From: Capsulimonadales bacterium
GTDB lineage: Bacteria; Armatimonadota; Armatimonadia; Armatimonadales; Armatimonadaceae
NCBI GenBank assembly: GCA_033762295.1
Contig: JANRLW010000089.1
Location: 1 to 62,763, forward strand
Direction: 5' to 3'
DNA length: 62,763 bases
Part shown: piece after piece, positions 37,157 through 48,445 of the stretch
Numbering within the stretch: the first letter of the stretch is position 1
Layout of the letters: each line of letters begins with the position of its first letter
Program-made: the position numbers and the translations under genes
Notes under the pieces: model-generated
The model's input: the letters and a program-made list of their open reading frames with translations, nothing else
Told to the model about the DNA's origin: nothing
The model's database searches: none

Positions 37157-37966
37157 TTACGGTCGGCAGTCGTTGGTGGTCGGGTTGAGGGTGGTGGCCG
37201 GTCGCCAGGGCAGACAGGCGTTGCCGCTGGAGTTGTAGTAGACCGGGGACCCCTGGTTGTTGAAGGCGGAGCCATCTCGGGCGACACGGTTGCAGCGGAG
37301 GTACTTGGCATGTCCGTCGACATAGGTAATGTTCATGCCGTTGCTGTGGCCGCAGAAGCTTTCGTTATCCTCTTCGTCGACATCGTTGGAGTCGAGGTCG
37401 CCATCGCCGCGTCCTTCCATAATCATGTAGGCTTCGGCGGGGCGATCCCAGACGGCCAGACCGGTGACGTTGGTTTCGCCGACGATGGAGTCGTTGATGG
37501 CGTAGTTGGCGAGGTAGGCATAGGTACCGTCGGCTCGCAGGGTCAGGCGGTAGCGTCCGACGAGATCGATTCCGAGGACGAGGGCGTTGTTGACCTGGGA
37601 CTGGCTGAGGCCACGGATGATGGTGTTGCTCGGGCAGGCGTAGACATTTCCGCGCGGGGAGGACCAGTCGGACGGCGCGGCGGAGATGTAGTTGCCGATG
37701 TAGAACGGCCAGATATCGGCGATCAGTTCGGGCCAGTTACCGCCGGCCGGGTTGGCGCCGCGCGGCTGGTTCGGGAACTGCTCATCGTAGTCCTGAACGT
37801 ACATCATCATCGCGAGGCCGATCTGCTTGTTGTTGGAGAGGCAGGAGGTCTGGCGGGCTTTTTCGCGAGCCTGAGCAAAGACGGGGAAAAGGATCGCGGC
37901 GAGAATGGCGATAATCGCGATAACCACGAGCAGTTCGATCAGAGTGAAAGCGTTTTGCTTGCGCAT
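37157..37966 (-). CDS. Prepilin-type N-terminal cleavage/methylation protein (DUF1559 / H-X9-DG)
   Basis: [53 protein letters not shown]. Confidence 0.95.
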   Translation of the reverse strand: MRKQNAFTLIELLVVIAIIAILAAILFPVFAQAREKARQTSCLSNNKQIGLAMMMYVQDYDEQFPNQPRGANPAGGNWPELIADIWPFYIGNYISAAPSDWSSPRGNVYACPSNTIIRGLSQSQVNNALVLGIDLVGRYRLTLRADGTYAYLANYAINDSIVGETNVTGLAVWDRPAEAYMIMEGRGDGDLDSNDVDEEDNESFCGHSNGMNITYVDGHAKYLRCNRVARDGSAFNNQGSPVYYNSSGNACLPWRPATTLNPTTNDCRP

Positions 37967-38079
37967 TACAGTATCCTAGCGGTTAAAAAATGGTATGAAC
38001 GGAGTTCATCCGGCATTATAACGCGTTCGCAGCTTCGGTAGATTAACTTTGTGTTAAATTTTTCGGGGATCAAAGCGGA

Positions 38080-38106
38080 CAAGGGGTCGACAATGTCGAC
38101 CCCTTG
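38080..38106 (-). terminator. 12-bp hairpin downstream of glgP
   Basis: CAAGGGGTCGAC-aat-GTCGACCCCTTG; weak U-tract. Confidence 0.6.
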
Positions 38107-38129
38107 CTTGCGTGTGCCGGGTGGCCGTT

Positions 38130-40703
38130 CTACTCCCAGGTGATGAGGGGCAGTTCCTGAGGCAGGACGGCGTCGGCGTTGGCGGGAAGGACGCGGACGG
38201 TGAATCCGTGCTGGCCGCTGATTTCGGAGGGCAGGAAGCCGGAATAGAGGTGTACGCCTCCGCCGACGGAATTATCGAGGGTCATGGGAACGGCGGTAGC
38301 CGCATTGAGGTTACGGTCGGCGTCGATTCGTCCGGTGTACAACTGAACCGCGACGTCCTCCGGGTTGAGGGACGCGCCCAGGTGAACTCGTGCATGGACG
38401 GGTACGCGGTCTCCGGCGCGCAGGTGTTCGGTTTCGGCCCGGACCGATTCGATCCGGATCTCATGCCAGGAGGATTGCACGCGACGTTTCCACTGAACGA
38501 GGGCTTTGGTGCGGGCGAAGTCGTTTTCGGCGAGCAGTCGCGCCCGTTCGGCGGCGGGGACGTAATAGGTTTCGGCGTATTCGCGGACCATGCGGGTGGT
38601 GTTGTAAACGGGGGCGAGCCGCATCATGGATGTTTTGATCTTGGCGATCCATCCGGTGGGCAGTCCGTCCTGATTCCGTTCGTAGAAGAGGGGAATGATC
38701 TCTCTTTCGAGGGTATCGTAGACATCGTGCGCTTCGACGTGGTCCTGGTATCCGTAGTCGTCGTACTCCTCGCCGCGTCCGATCTCCCAGCCGACGCCGG
38801 GTTCGTAGGCTTCGGCCCACCAACCGTCGAGGATGGAGAAGTTGAGTCCGCCGTTGGCGACGACTTTCATTCCGGAGGTGCCGGAGGCTTCCATGGGGCG
38901 GCGGGGGTTATTGAGCCAGACATCGACGCCCTGAACGAGGTACCGGGCCATCGCCATATCATAATCCTCGAGGAAGACGATGCGTCGTCGAATCTCGGGG
39001 TCGCGGGAGAAGTGGACGATGTGCTGGATCAGTCGTTTGCCTTCTTCATCGCGCGGGTGGGCCTTGCCGGCGAAGACGAACTGAACGGGTCGGGTCGGGT
39101 GATTGAGCATCCTTTTGAGCCGGTCGACATCCCGGAGGAGCAGGTCTCCGCGTTTGTAGGTGGCGAAACGGCGGGCGAACCCGATGGTAAGGATTCCGGG
39201 GTCGAGGATTTCGAGGGCTTCGGCGACTTCGCGTTCGGCGGCCCCGCGCCGTTCGAGGCGTTTGACCTGGTACTGGCGTGCCCATTCGACGAGTCGGTGT
39301 CGTCGTCGTTCGCGCACGGTCCACAGTTCGAAGTCCGGGACGTCCTTGACTCCGGCCCAGTAGTCGGGCTGCGCGAGGTTATCGGAGGTCGGCGATCCGA
39401 GGTAGGAGTCGAGCAGTTCGGTCATTTCGGAGGAGAGGAAGGTGCGGGTATGGATGCCGTTGGTCACGCTTCCGACCGGGACTTCATCGAGCGGGATACC
39501 GGGGTAGACGGGTTCGACCATCTTGCGGGAGACTTCGCCGTGGAGTTTGGATACGCCGTTGATGTATCGGGCGTTGCGGCCGGCGAGGATCGCCATGTTG
39601 AGCGGTTCGCTCGGATTGTTGCGGTTTTCTCGTCCGCGGGCCATCAGGTCCTCGAACGGGATGTGGACATCGTTCAGATAGCTTTCGAAGTAGCGGTACA
39701 TGAGATCGGGCGGGAACTTGTCAAACCCTGCGGGGACGGGGGTGTGGGTGGTAAACAGGTTCCCGGCGGCGGCGGCTTCTACGGCTTCGGCGAAGGTGAG
39801 TCCGCGTTCGTGCACCAGGCGTCGGACGCGTTCGAGCGCGAGGAAGGCGGAGTGTCCTTCGTTCATGTGGCAGACGGTGGGTCGGACGCCCATGGCGGCG
39901 AGGGCATGAATGCCGCCGATACCGAGAACGATCTCCTGTTGAATCCGGGTTTCGTTATCTCCGCCGTAGAGGTTTCCGGCGATAAAGCGGTCCGCCTCGG
40001 TGTTCTCAGGCAGGTTGGTATCGAGGAGGAAGAGGGAGACGCGTCCGACCTGGGCTTTCCAGACCTGTGCGGTCACCATGCGTCCGGGGAAACGTACCTG
40101 AACTTTGACCGGTCCGCCCTCACGGTTTCCGTTCTGGTAGGTGGGGAGGATCGGAAGGGAGTAGAAATCGGTAGTCGGGTAGTTTTCGATCTGCCAGCCG
40201 TCGGCATTGAGCGCCTGCCGGAAGTAGCCTTTCTGGTAGAGGAAACCGACGCCGACGAGCGGGAGTCCGAGGTCGGAGGCGGATTTGAGGTGGTCACCGG
40301 CGAGGACGCCGAGGCCACCGGAGTAGATGGGGAGGGATTCGGTGATGCCGAACTCGGCGGAGAAGTAGCCGATTCGGAAGTCGGCGGGGAAGCGATCGCC
40401 GTGGTGGCGGGTCCACCAGGTTTCGGCGTTGAGGTAGCGTTGAAATTCGGCATGAACGGCATCGAGTTGTCCGAGGAAATCCTGGTCTGCGGTCAGATCG
40501 TCCAGTCGTTTCCGGGAGACGAGGCCGAGAAGTTTGGCCGGGTTATGTCCGGACGTTTCCCAGTTCGCCGGGTCGACCTCTCGGAAGAGCTGGGTCGTGG
40601 AATGATCCCAGGACCAGCGCAGATTATAGGCGAGTTCCCGAAGGGCGGCGAGTCGTTCGGGCAGATCAGGGGTGACGGTGTAGGTATGGAGAGTGCGCGG
40701 CAT
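38130..40703 (-). CDS. glgP: Alpha-glucan (glycogen) phosphorylase
   Basis: YSGGLGVLAGD, HMNEGH, GFARRFATYKR, EASGTSGMK. Confidence 0.97.
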   Translation of the reverse strand: MPRTLHTYTVTPDLPERLAALRELAYNLRWSWDHSTTQLFREVDPANWETSGHNPAKLLGLVSRKRLDDLTADQDFLGQLDAVHAEFQRYLNAETWWTRHHGDRFPADFRIGYFSAEFGITESLPIYSGGLGVLAGDHLKSASDLGLPLVGVGFLYQKGYFRQALNADGWQIENYPTTDFYSLPILPTYQNGNREGGPVKVQVRFPGRMVTAQVWKAQVGRVSLFLLDTNLPENTEADRFIAGNLYGGDNETRIQQEIVLGIGGIHALAAMGVRPTVCHMNEGHSAFLALERVRRLVHERGLTFAEAVEAAAAGNLFTTHTPVPAGFDKFPPDLMYRYFESYLNDVHIPFEDLMARGRENRNNPSEPLNMAILAGRNARYINGVSKLHGEVSRKMVEPVYPGIPLDEVPVGSVTNGIHTRTFLSSEMTELLDSYLGSPTSDNLAQPDYWAGVKDVPDFELWTVRERRRHRLVEWARQYQVKRLERRGAAEREVAEALEILDPGILTIGFARRFATYKRGDLLLRDVDRLKRMLNHPTRPVQFVFAGKAHPRDEEGKRLIQHIVHFSRDPEIRRRIVFLEDYDMAMARYLVQGVDVWLNNPRRPMEASGTSGMKVVANGGLNFSILDGWWAEAYEPGVGWEIGRGEEYDDYGYQDHVEAHDVYDTLEREIIPLFYERNQDGLPTGWIAKIKTSMMRLAPVYNTTRMVREYAETYYVPAAERARLLAENDFARTKALVQWKRRVQSSWHEIRIESVRAETEHLRAGDRVPVHARVHLGASLNPEDVAVQLYTGRIDADRNLNAATAVPMTLDNSVGGGVHLYSGFLPSEISGQHGFTVRVLPANADAVLPQELPLITWE

Positions 40704-40906
40704 GCGGGCGATATGCTCCTGTTCGTTTGTCCGGGTAAAACCGATCAAGGGTTCCGTTTCTGGTAGAACCTGCAAAAACGGGGCCAATCCGAAGGCATCA
40801 TTTCAAGTATACCCTTATTGTCGGCTGGCACCTGCGGATATTGCAGGTATATTTAACAGGTTAGTCGGTGGTCGATCCGGGGGATTTATCGGTGGGAGAA
40901 TTCGGC

Positions 40907-40933
40907 TTGACGGTCGTCGGCATCGGGTATAAT
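40907..40933 (+). promoter_or_regulatory. Possible promoter of the polysaccharide locus
   Basis: TTGACG-N15-TATAAT (short spacer). Confidence 0.45.
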
Positions 40934-41021
40934 AGGCGCGATCGTTCCGATGGTGGTTCGAAAACGGTTGACTTTTGCCGACAGTGAGCCGTTATTCCTT
41001 CGGTCCGGGGAATTTCGTTAC

Positions 41022-41831
41022 GTGTCCGTACTTTCGCGTTCCGTATTTGCCAGTGTGACGACACACCGGGAACTGGTGGAAAACCTGATTCTTCGGGATG
41101 TCCGCGCACGTTACAAACAATCTGCGCTCGGTTATGCGTGGGCGGTATTTCATCCGTTGATGCTGGCGTTGATCTACACGCTGGTGGGCGGTTTTTTCCT
41201 TGGGCAGGCATCGTCGCCGGGGCTGTTCGCCCTTCAGGCGTACATGGGCGTTCTCTTCTGGCAGTTGTTCGCCACGGGTCTGATGACGGCGACGGAGGGG
41301 CTGGTTTCCCACCTGAGTTTGATTACGAAGGTGTATTTCCCTCGGGAGGTGTTTCCGGTTTCGGCGGTGGCGAGCAAGCTTTTCGATTTTGCGTTCGGTC
41401 TGGTGGGTTTGATTCCGTTTATGGTGATCTACCGGGTGTTTCCGGGTCCGGGAATCTGGCTGGTGATTCCGCTTTTACTGATCCAGGTGTTGTTCACGAC
41501 GGGGTTGGGTCTGCTGACTTCGGCGGCGAACCTGTTTTACCGGGATGTTCGGTATCTGGTGCAGCTGGCGCTGGGGTTGATGATCTATCTGGTGCCGAAC
41601 CTGTATCCGCTGTCGCGTGTGGAATCGCATCCCTGGTTTTACCGGCTGTACCTGTTGAATCCGATGGCGGTCATAATCGAGGCGTCCCGTCGGGCGACGT
41701 TTTCGGAGTTCGGTCCGGTGGAGCCGCTGATTCCGTATATTCTACTGGCGGGCTTGACGTCCGTTCTGGTGTTCGGTATCGGGTATGTCGTCTTCAAGCG
41801 GCAGGAGCCCCATTTCGCGGAGTTCGTCTGA
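41022..41831 (+). CDS. ABC-2 polysaccharide export permease (Wzm-like) 1
   Basis: RDVRARYKQSALGYAW..HPL, LITKVYFPRE, YRDV, LNPM. Confidence 0.93.
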   Translation: MSVLSRSVFASVTTHRELVENLILRDVRARYKQSALGYAWAVFHPLMLALIYTLVGGFFLGQASSPGLFALQAYMGVLFWQLFATGLMTATEGLVSHLSLITKVYFPREVFPVSAVASKLFDFAFGLVGLIPFMVIYRVFPGPGIWLVIPLLLIQVLFTTGLGLLTSAANLFYRDVRYLVQLALGLMIYLVPNLYPLSRVESHPWFYRLYLLNPMAVIIEASRRATFSEFGPVEPLIPYILLAGLTSVLVFGIGYVVFKRQEPHFAEFV

Positions 41832-42848
<1,017 letters not shown>

Positions 42849-42878
42849 GATCGCGACAACCGAGAGGCGAGGTGCCGT

Positions 42879-43826
42879 TTGCGCATTTTGATAACGGGGG
42901 CGACCGGATTTGTCGGGGGTTGGCTGGCGCAGGAGATCGCGCGCACGACTCCGGGGGCGACGCTTTTCGGGACGTCGCATCGGGCGGTCCGCGCGGGGGA
43001 CCTGCCGGCGGGGACGATCGTTCGCCCGGTCGATCTGCTCGATTCCGCCGGCCTGCGGGAAATGGTGGAATTGGCGCGTCCGGACCGGGTGTTTCATCTG
43101 GCGGGCTACGCTTCGGGCGCGGGAACCGACCGTGAGGCGATCTTCCGGGCGAACGTCGACGGAACCCGTCGTCTCCTGGAGGCATTGACGGCGGCGGGCG
43201 GTCCGTGTCGCGTTCTGCTGGCGTCGTCGGGGTATGTTTACGGGCAGACGGCTCCCGGTCGTGCGGCGCGGGAGTCGGACCCACCTGCACCGCACGGTCC
43301 CTATGCCGAATCGAAGCGGGCGATGGAGGAGATGGCGCAGGGGTTTGCGGGGACGGGTCCGCTTTCGCTTCTGGTCACGCGTTCGTTCAACCACACCGGT
43401 CCGCGTCAGGGGGCGGATTTCGTCGTTCCGGCGTTCGCCCGGCAGATCGCCCGGATCGAGCGCGGTCTGGAGCCACCGACGGTCAAACACGGGAATCTGG
43501 ATGCGCTCCGGGACTTTCTTTACGTGGGTGACGTGGTTCGTGCGTACCGCCTGCTGATGGATTCGGAAACGATGCCGAACTGGCGCATCGTGAATGTGGC
43601 CTCGGGCGTAGCGGTTTCGGTCGGTTCGCTTCTGGACCGTCTGATCGATTTGTCGACCGTCGCGGTCGGTCAGGAAACGGACCCGTCGCGGATGCGTCCT
43701 TCGGATCTTGCGGAATGCATCGGCGATCCGGAGCTTCTGAGGTCGTTGACGGGCTGGCGTCCGGAGATCGATCTATCGGCGATGCTGGAGGAAACGCTGG
43801 CCTGGTGGCGACAGCAGCCCCTTTGA
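42879..43826 (+). CDS. GDP-4-keto-6-deoxy-D-mannose reductase (Rmd-like)
   Basis: ITGATGFVG, YAESK, RSFNHTGPRQ..FVVPAFARQIA, GNLDALRDF; follows gmd. Confidence 0.85.
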   Translation: MRILITGATGFVGGWLAQEIARTTPGATLFGTSHRAVRAGDLPAGTIVRPVDLLDSAGLREMVELARPDRVFHLAGYASGAGTDREAIFRANVDGTRRLLEALTAAGGPCRVLLASSGYVYGQTAPGRAARESDPPAPHGPYAESKRAMEEMAQGFAGTGPLSLLVTRSFNHTGPRQGADFVVPAFARQIARIERGLEPPTVKHGNLDALRDFLYVGDVVRAYRLLMDSETMPNWRIVNVASGVAVSVGSLLDRLIDLSTVAVGQETDPSRMRPSDLAECIGDPELLRSLTGWRPEIDLSAMLEETLAWWRQQPL

Positions 43827-44692
43827 TGCCGTCTCCGTCGCGTTCGAGGGTCCATCGTACGATACTTCCGGGTCGCGGGTTCGCGGCGTTGCGGCTGGGC
43901 GATCTCTGGGAGTACCGCGATCTCTGGCTGACGCTTTCAGGTCGGGATATCCGTCTGCGTTACCGGCAGACGGCGCTCGGAGCGATCTGGGTCCTTTTGC
44001 AACCGCTGACGGGCGCGGCGATATTGACGTTCGTGTTCGGGCAGGTGGCGGGTCTGGCGTCGACGCGGTCGGACGTTCCGTATTTCGTGCCGGTGTTGAT
44101 CGGGCAGGTGGGGTGGGCGTTGTTCGCCGGGACGCTGACGAAAATGGCGAACAGCCTGGTGCAGAATGCCGCGTTAATCTCCAAGGTATTTTTCCCGCGT
44201 CTGGTGTTGCCGCTGTCGACGATCGGTTCCTCGCTGATCGACCTGGGGGTCGGCGTTGCGGTCATCGCGGTCCTCGTCACGGTGCTGGGGGTTCCGGGGC
44301 GGCTGGCGGGCCTTTCTTTGCTGTCGTTGCCGGTCTGGATCGCGCTTTTGCTGCTGCTGTCGAGCGGGATCGGGCTGATGGCGGCCGCGGTGATGGTCCG
44401 TTATCGGGATGTGATCCAGATTCTGCCGGTGATCGTGCAGTTTCTCCTGCTGGGGTCGCCGACGGGCTGGATGCTGTCGGACCTGCGTCGCCATGTGCCG
44501 GACTCGCTGCAGACGACCTATTTTCTTTTGAACCCGGTGGCTGTCCTGATCGAGGGGTTTCGCTGGTCGTGGCTTGGCGGGGATCTGCCGTGGGGTTGGG
44601 CGGGATACTCGGCCGGCGTATCGGTCGTCGTATTTTTGGTGGGCGTGTTCGTGTTCCGTCAGCAGGAGCGGAGTTTCGCGGATGTCATCTGA
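43826..44692 (+). CDS. ABC-2 polysaccharide export permease (Wzm-like) 2
   Basis: LWEYRDL..RDIRLRYRQTALG..W..LQPL, LISKVFFPRL, ERSFADVI. Confidence 0.93.
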   Translation: MPSPSRSRVHRTILPGRGFAALRLGDLWEYRDLWLTLSGRDIRLRYRQTALGAIWVLLQPLTGAAILTFVFGQVAGLASTRSDVPYFVPVLIGQVGWALFAGTLTKMANSLVQNAALISKVFFPRLVLPLSTIGSSLIDLGVGVAVIAVLVTVLGVPGRLAGLSLLSLPVWIALLLLLSSGIGLMAAAVMVRYRDVIQILPVIVQFLLLGSPTGWMLSDLRRHVPDSLQTTYFLLNPVAVLIEGFRWSWLGGDLPWGWAGYSAGVSVVVFLVGVFVFRQQERSFADVI

Positions 44693-45932
44693 AACGGCGG
44701 TATCGGTGCGCGGGCTGGGCAAGACGTACCGGATCACGCCGACCGGGTCGCATCCGGGAACTCTGGCGGAAACGGTGCTGGCGCGGGTGACCGGGCGCGC
44801 GGCCCGCGCGGAGACGTTTCACGCGTTGCGGGACGTGTCGTTCGAGATTCGTGAAGGAACGGTCGTCGGGATCATCGGCCGCAACGGGGCGGGGAAATCG
44901 ACGCTGTTGAAGCTGCTGTCACGGATCACGGAGCCGACGTCCGGGCGAATCGACCTGTACGGTCGGGTGGGCAGTCTGCTCGAGGTCGGAACGGGGTTTC
45001 ATCCGGAGTTGACGGGCCGTGAGAATATTTTCCTGAACGGCGCGATTCTGGGCATGACGCGGCGCGAGATCGCGCGTCGGTTCGAGGCGATCGTCGAATT
45101 CGCCGGAACGGAAGCGTTTCTGGACCTGCCGGTGAAGCGGTATTCGTCGGGCATGTACGTTCGTCTGGCGTTCGCGGTCGCCGCGCATCTGGAACCGGAG
45201 ATTCTGATCGTCGACGAGGTACTGGCGGTCGGGGACGCGGAGTTTCAGAAAAAGTGTGTCGGCAAGATGCAGGAGGTCTCGCACGGGGCCGGTCGGACGG
45301 TGATCGTGGTATCGCACAACCTGGCGACGGTTCGGACTTTATGTGACGAGGGAATTCTTTTGCGGGAGGGGCGGGTGGCGTCCCAAGGGCCGATCCGTGC
45401 GGTTATCGAGGCGTATCTGGCGGCGGCGGGCGATGCGAACGGGGAGTGGATTCGCAATTTCCCCCTTTCCACGATTCCGGGCGTCTATTTGATGAGGGTC
45501 CGTATCCGCGACGCGAGCGGGAAGGTGAGGGGTGTAATCCCGACCGGGCAGGCGTTCGTGATCGAGGCGGATGTCCGGGCGACCGGCGAGATTCCGGGTA
45601 CGCAGGTGAACTTCCGGCTGGTGAATCCGGAGGGCGTGAACGTGATGACTACGACGACGGCGGACGTTCCTGCGGCGGCGTTCCGGATTCCGGTGGGGGT
45701 TCACCGGCTATCGACGGAGATTCCGGGGAATCTGCTGCTGCCGGGCGAGTATTCGCTGTGCTGCGATTCCTTCGTTCCGAATGTCGTCGGGTTCGATCAT
45801 CTGGCGGATATCGTCCGGTTTCGTCTGGAGAATTCCGGTACGCATGTCTCGCTGCCGAACGACGGCCGGCTCGGGGTGGTAGGACCGATTCTGCCCTGGC
45901 GGCTGGTTACCGGGGTGAAGGAGAACGATTGA
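44682..45932 (+). CDS. Polysaccharide ABC transporter ATPase with C-terminal Wzt-C domain
   Basis: GRNGAGKST, GFHPELTGRENI, YSSGM, DEVLAVGD. Confidence 0.95.
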   Translation: MSSETAVSVRGLGKTYRITPTGSHPGTLAETVLARVTGRAARAETFHALRDVSFEIREGTVVGIIGRNGAGKSTLLKLLSRITEPTSGRIDLYGRVGSLLEVGTGFHPELTGRENIFLNGAILGMTRREIARRFEAIVEFAGTEAFLDLPVKRYSSGMYVRLAFAVAAHLEPEILIVDEVLAVGDAEFQKKCVGKMQEVSHGAGRTVIVVSHNLATVRTLCDEGILLREGRVASQGPIRAVIEAYLAAAGDANGEWIRNFPLSTIPGVYLMRVRIRDASGKVRGVIPTGQAFVIEADVRATGEIPGTQVNFRLVNPEGVNVMTTTTADVPAAAFRIPVGVHRLSTEIPGNLLLPGEYSLCCDSFVPNVVGFDHLADIVRFRLENSGTHVSLPNDGRLGVVGPILPWRLVTGVKEND

Positions 45933-47137
45933 CGGCGATCCGGGTCGGGATCGATGTGTCGTCGCTGGCGGACGCCGCGCTGACGGGTATTCCGTTGTCT
46001 GTGGAGTCGCTGCTCCGCGAGTATTTCGCGTCGCCGGGCGAGGAGCGGTGGGTGCTGGCGGGCAGTCCGGCCGGTTCGGACCTGACGGGTTGGGTTCGCG
46101 CCCGGGGGTTCGACCTTCCGGGAACGGCGGAGGTGGTTCCGATGACGGACCTGCGGCTGGGTTCGCGGTTTCCCGGTTTCGGTCAGGGCCGTTTTCGGAG
46201 CGTGGTGGACGGGCGTTTGTTGCTTCCGCTCGGGAATCTCCTTTCGTCGGGGAGGGTGCCACGGGTGGATGTGTTCCATCACACGGCGATTCTGCGGATT
46301 TCGTCGGGTCGCGCCCGGCGGAATATCGTGACGATCTACGATCTGACGACCCGTTTCTTTCCGGAGGCGCATCATCGGGTCAATATTCGGGAGTGGGAGC
46401 GGGTGTTCCGGTTTGCGCGGGATCGAGCCGATATGGTGGTGACGGATTCGGAGTCGGCGCGCGAGGATATCGTTCGTTACCTGGGCGTCGCCCCGTCTCG
46501 CGTCCGGGCGATCCCGCTGGGGGTTCGAACGTTTTCCGCCGATCCGTCGCTGTCCGCCGATCCGTCCCGTCAGGACCGATACGGGTTGGAAGGGCGACGT
46601 TTCGTGCTCTGCGTCGGATCGCTCGAACCGAGGAAAAATGTGCCGCGTCTGATCGAGGCATTTTCGAGCGTGGTACGGCGGGCGGAGTTTTCGGATGTTT
46701 GTCTGGTCCTGACGGGGGCGCGTTTGCACGGCGCATCGGCGATCGAGGAGGCGATTCGGCGTGCGGGCATCGGGGATCGGGTCGTGATCACGGGATATGT
46801 TGCGGACCGTGATCTGGCATGGTTGATGCAAAACTGCACATCCTTCGTCTACCCATCACTCTATGAAGGCTTCGGATTGCCGGTGGTCGAAGCGATGGCG
46901 ATGGGTGCGCCGGTGGCGACTTCCGATGTGTCGGCGTTGCCGGAGGTCGCCGGGGATGCCGCGCTGTTGTTCGACCCGAACTCTTCGGCGGGGATGGCGG
47001 AGGCGATGGTTCGGCTGTTGACGGAACCGGAGCTGGCGTGGGAACTGCGCCGTCGTGGGAGGGAGCGGGCGGCCCTTTTCACCTGGAAACGGTGTGCGGA
47101 CGAGCATCGCCGTTTGTACCGCGAGGTCGCGGCTTGA
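45929..47137 (+). CDS. Glycosyltransferase family 4
   Basis: VGSLEPRKN, YPSLYEGFGLPVVEAMA. Confidence 0.93.
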   Translation: MTAIRVGIDVSSLADAALTGIPLSVESLLREYFASPGEERWVLAGSPAGSDLTGWVRARGFDLPGTAEVVPMTDLRLGSRFPGFGQGRFRSVVDGRLLLPLGNLLSSGRVPRVDVFHHTAILRISSGRARRNIVTIYDLTTRFFPEAHHRVNIREWERVFRFARDRADMVVTDSESAREDIVRYLGVAPSRVRAIPLGVRTFSADPSLSADPSRQDRYGLEGRRFVLCVGSLEPRKNVPRLIEAFSSVVRRAEFSDVCLVLTGARLHGASAIEEAIRRAGIGDRVVITGYVADRDLAWLMQNCTSFVYPSLYEGFGLPVVEAMAMGAPVATSDVSALPEVAGDAALLFDPNSSAGMAEAMVRLLTEPELAWELRRRGRERAALFTWKRCADEHRRLYREVAA

Positions 47138-47155
47138 CGGATGGAACGGAGGGAT

Positions 47156-48439
47156 ATGTCGATCAAAATCGCGCTGGTAGCGCATTATCTTCCGCCGAAC
47201 GGCTGGGGGGGCGTGGAAAACTATACGGTTCTGGTGGGAAAGGCGCTGGCCAAGCGAGGTCATTCGGTTTGCCTGTATGCCCGCGGCACTCGCACGGACG
47301 TCCCGGAAGGATTTGAGGAGACGGATCATCGGTTCGGCGACGGTATCGAAGTGACGGAGAGCCACCGTGGCGGCGGGGAACTGCGAACGGAACGGCGGCT
47401 TCGGCTGTTGCAGAGCGATCGTTTCGCGGCGTTTCTGGAGCGGACCCGACCGGACGTCGTTCACTTTCAGCATTTGCTCTACCATTCGATCGACTTTCCG
47501 GCACAGGCGAAGCGTGCGGGGGCGGCGGTGGTTCTGACGATCCACGACTTCTGGTTCGACTGCCCGACGGTGCTCCGGGTAGACCATACGGGTGCGATCT
47601 GCGATCGGGTGGCGGGATCGAACTGTCTTCCGTGTCTCTGGGGCGGGCGCAAGTCGCGCGTTCTACCGGCTGCGACGCTGGCGACGTTGATGCGCACGCC
47701 CGGGCTTCGGGTTCTGACCGATCTCCATCCGTACATCGACGAACTGGAAAACTGGCCGCGTAATTCGGAGCGGAGTCTTCGTTCCGTCGACATCGCGATC
47801 AGTCCGTCGCGGTGGGTCGCGGAGAATCTGGCGGCGAAGGGAATCTCGGGTCCGCGCCTGCGCGTTCTCGATAACGGCGTCGCGAAGCCGACGGACGGAA
47901 CGGGGGATTCGCCACGTTCGGCGGACGGCGTCCTGCGTTTCGGCCTGATCGCGACCCACCCGCTGAAGGGCGGAGCGGTGGCGGTGGAGGCGTTTCGACG
48001 GTTGGAAGGGCGACCGGTTCGGCTGTTGCTTTTCGGTAAACCGCCGGACGGTCCGTTGCCGTCGAACGTCGTGGTGGAGGGCAGGTATGGTCGGGAGGAG
48101 ACGGACCGGGTCTTTCGTTCGTTCGATGTGCTGATCGTTCCGTCGCTGTGGTACGAGAACGCGCCGCTGGTGATACGCGAAGCGTTCGCGCGTAAGCGAC
48201 CGGTGATCGCTTCGGCGATCGGCGGCATGAAGGAGTCGGTACGGGAAGGAGTGGACGGGCTGTTGTTTCCGGTCGGGGATGCCGGGGCGCTGGCGGAATG
48301 CGTTCGTCGTATTGCGGACGAGCCGGGCCTGCATACGAACCTTCGCGCGGGGATTCGTCCGCCGATTTTCGAGGAGGAGCACGTGAACGAACTGGTGGAG
48401 ATTTACCGGCAGGCGCTTCGGTCGCGGCGTGAGGAGTGA
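47156..48439 (+). CDS. Glycosyltransferase family 4
   Basis: GGVENY, TIHDFWFDCP, PSLWYENAPLVIREA. Confidence 0.92.
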   Translation: MSIKIALVAHYLPPNGWGGVENYTVLVGKALAKRGHSVCLYARGTRTDVPEGFEETDHRFGDGIEVTESHRGGGELRTERRLRLLQSDRFAAFLERTRPDVVHFQHLLYHSIDFPAQAKRAGAAVVLTIHDFWFDCPTVLRVDHTGAICDRVAGSNCLPCLWGGRKSRVLPAATLATLMRTPGLRVLTDLHPYIDELENWPRNSERSLRSVDIAISPSRWVAENLAAKGISGPRLRVLDNGVAKPTDGTGDSPRSADGVLRFGLIATHPLKGGAVAVEAFRRLEGRPVRLLLFGKPPDGPLPSNVVVEGRYGREETDRVFRSFDVLIVPSLWYENAPLVIREAFARKRPVIASAIGGMKESVREGVDGLLFPVGDAGALAECVRRIADEPGLHTNLRAGIRPPIFEEEHVNELVEIYRQALRSRREE

Positions 48440-48445
48440 TGGCGG

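Noticed and set aside
38112..40766. 884-aa plus-strand ORF
   Set aside because: Antisense mirror of glgP.
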